A stretch of DNA of 64,000 nt from Ophelia neglecta (taxonomy: Eukaryota). The notes beneath the pieces are model-generated. The model was not told where the DNA came from, did no database searches, and saw nothing but the letters and a program-made list of their open reading frames with translations. The stretch lies in contig OZ260667.1 in the NCBI GenBank assembly GCA_965285935.1, positions 5,952,001 through 6,016,000 of the forward strand, in the 5' to 3' direction. This document shows, one piece after another, positions 62,358-64,000 of the stretch. Position 1 is the stretch's first letter. The number at the start of each line of letters is the position of its first letter. The position numbers were made by a program, and so were the translations under genes.

Positions 62358-63160
62358 TTCACTGGTATGTATTCACAGCCGCTTGCTGTCAATTTCCGGT
62401 CACTGGATGTCTGAATCACTGACCTGTTGTAATATATTAAACTCAAATCTTTAATGGTGATGTGACAGTTGTAATAACACACTCACCCCCCCCCCCCCAA
62501 CACCATACAGTCAGAGCCCCCCCCCTCTCCTCACACCATACAGTCAGAACCCCGCCCCCTCACACCATACAGTCAGAACCCCCCCCCCTTCACATCACTC
62601 ACCCAGGCCCCCACCCCTAACCTCACAAGCTTAGAGTCCCTCCCCCCTCACATCACACTTTCAGAAGCCCCCCCCCCCTTCACATCACTCACCCAGGCCC
62701 CCACCCCTAACCTCACATGCTTAGAGTCCCTCACCCCTCACATCACATGCTTAAAGCTCCCCCATCCCACCTCAATGCATAGAGCCATCCCCCCACTCCC
62801 TCCCAATTACACACCTCACAGCTCCCCCTCCCCTTACCATCACAGTCCCAAATATAACTTAACTTAATATAACACCACCGAAAAGCAATTCGTGAATAAA
62901 TAAATATTGCGGATAAGAAAATTATAAGAAACTTTTCACAAAAGAGCTACAGAGCCCCCGTTGACTACTTCTCAAGCCACTTCACACGGTTACTCTGTGA
63001 AATTACAAATGATATTTAGCTAAGGAAAAAGTACGCATCTTATATTGAAAAGACATTGGTATAACAGAATTGGAATCCGATCACGTGATAAGAAATATAT
63101 AGTTTGCGAAGTGAAGCTTAATGGATTTGTGTATTGGTTCAAACAAGATTTACTATTTAC

Positions 63161-63283
63161 CATATCCCTGATTCTGTTGGTTCTGCTGTGTCAGTGTGTG
63201 ATTTGTCCTGGAATCTGCTGTTAATATTCAAAGCGTCTTGTTTATAGTTTATAGCTAAATGGCCACCTTCAGGGGGTTCTCCC
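63161..63283 (-). promoter_or_regulatory. Candidate cGLR core promoter (NF-kB-like site plus TATA boxes) and non-coding first exon
   Basis: GGGGTTCTCC (63273-63282) fits GGGRNWYYCC. Two TATAAA lie on the minus strand at 63253-63248 and 63246-63241. A donor G|GTAAAT is at 63161/63160 and a matching acceptor at 62424. Motif-only evidence. Confidence 0.4.
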
Positions 63284-64000
63284 TCTCAGTATCTGCTGAA
63301 AGTCAAGGGATTAGGTTATCGATAATGAAAAGGTGATTGACGGATCGTGCATTGACTCGAGATGATTGACATGCACAGAAATTAATATTTGTTTACATGC
63401 CATTTGCTATATCCATTGATGGTACCGCCAATCTTTACTAAAATGATTTTTGCATTAAGGGAACACATACATCAAAACTTGACTCTGGAACCTTGGAACA
63501 AGACCCTCTTTTCCACGAGTTGCCTATTTTGGCCCGTGGCAAGAAGAGGGCCACCGATGGAAAAAGAAGGTTTTAATGGCAGACATATGATTCTAGTTCT
63601 ACACTAAGTTCTATCCCTTTGTAATGGGGGGAGGGGGGAGGGTTGATTTAATGATTTTCTGTGAATTGGGAAATGCAATAATTTCTTGGGAACTGTAATA
63701 CCGACAAACTTATTGCATGTCGGTTTTTAAGGGCAGATTTTAATTTCCCATTAACTGTGATCAGGTCTTGATGTATCTTATGCATCAGGTCAAGAAACAA
63801 TAATAAACATGTTATACATGGCAAAGACAGCAAGAGATTTTTAGATAAAAATATTAAACCACAGTATATATTTAGATGTGTTTTTCAGTAAACTTTCTAT
63901 TGAAAATATTGCCTCTCCTGTCCTCATCCCCACCCCAACCCTGCCACCACCACCACCACATCCGTGCATTTTCCATTTAAAACCATCCCAATAATCCGTT

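Overview
Repeat-rich eukaryotic (animal) genomic DNA with spliceosomal GT-AG introns. The gene and repeat content suggests a marine invertebrate, probably a lophotrochozoan (inference). Four multi-exon genes were reconstructed by hand, all on the minus strand and head-to-tail: (1) a divergent Shaw/Kv3-like K+ channel (13465-17496, ~500 aa) with an intact pore but a degenerate voltage sensor; (2) a more conventional Shaw/Kv3-like channel (24153-34490, ~628 aa); (3) an unusual type I membrane protein (38878-47379, ~664 aa) made of a signal peptide, two Thr-rich modules each ending in a furin site, three plexin/MET-type IPT/TIG domains, a TM helix and an Arg/Asp-rich tail with no kinase, GAP or Sema domain; (4) a cGAS-like receptor (cGLR/Mab-21 nucleotidyltransferase, 58423-62357, ~847 aa) with an intact catalytic triad, an N-terminal 22-aa repeat, a C-terminal TPR-like extension and a candidate kB-TATA promoter. 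The left end holds decayed transposon coding remnants (Maverick/Polinton pPolB, a Sola2-like transposase C-terminus, a THAP domain) and a 274-bp palindrome with promoter motifs. The rest is MITEs, SINE fragments, a Helentron-type non-autonomous element and about ten tandem arrays. No CRISPR, rRNA or tRNA was seen. Gene models rest on manual splice-phase and motif reading only, with no database search.
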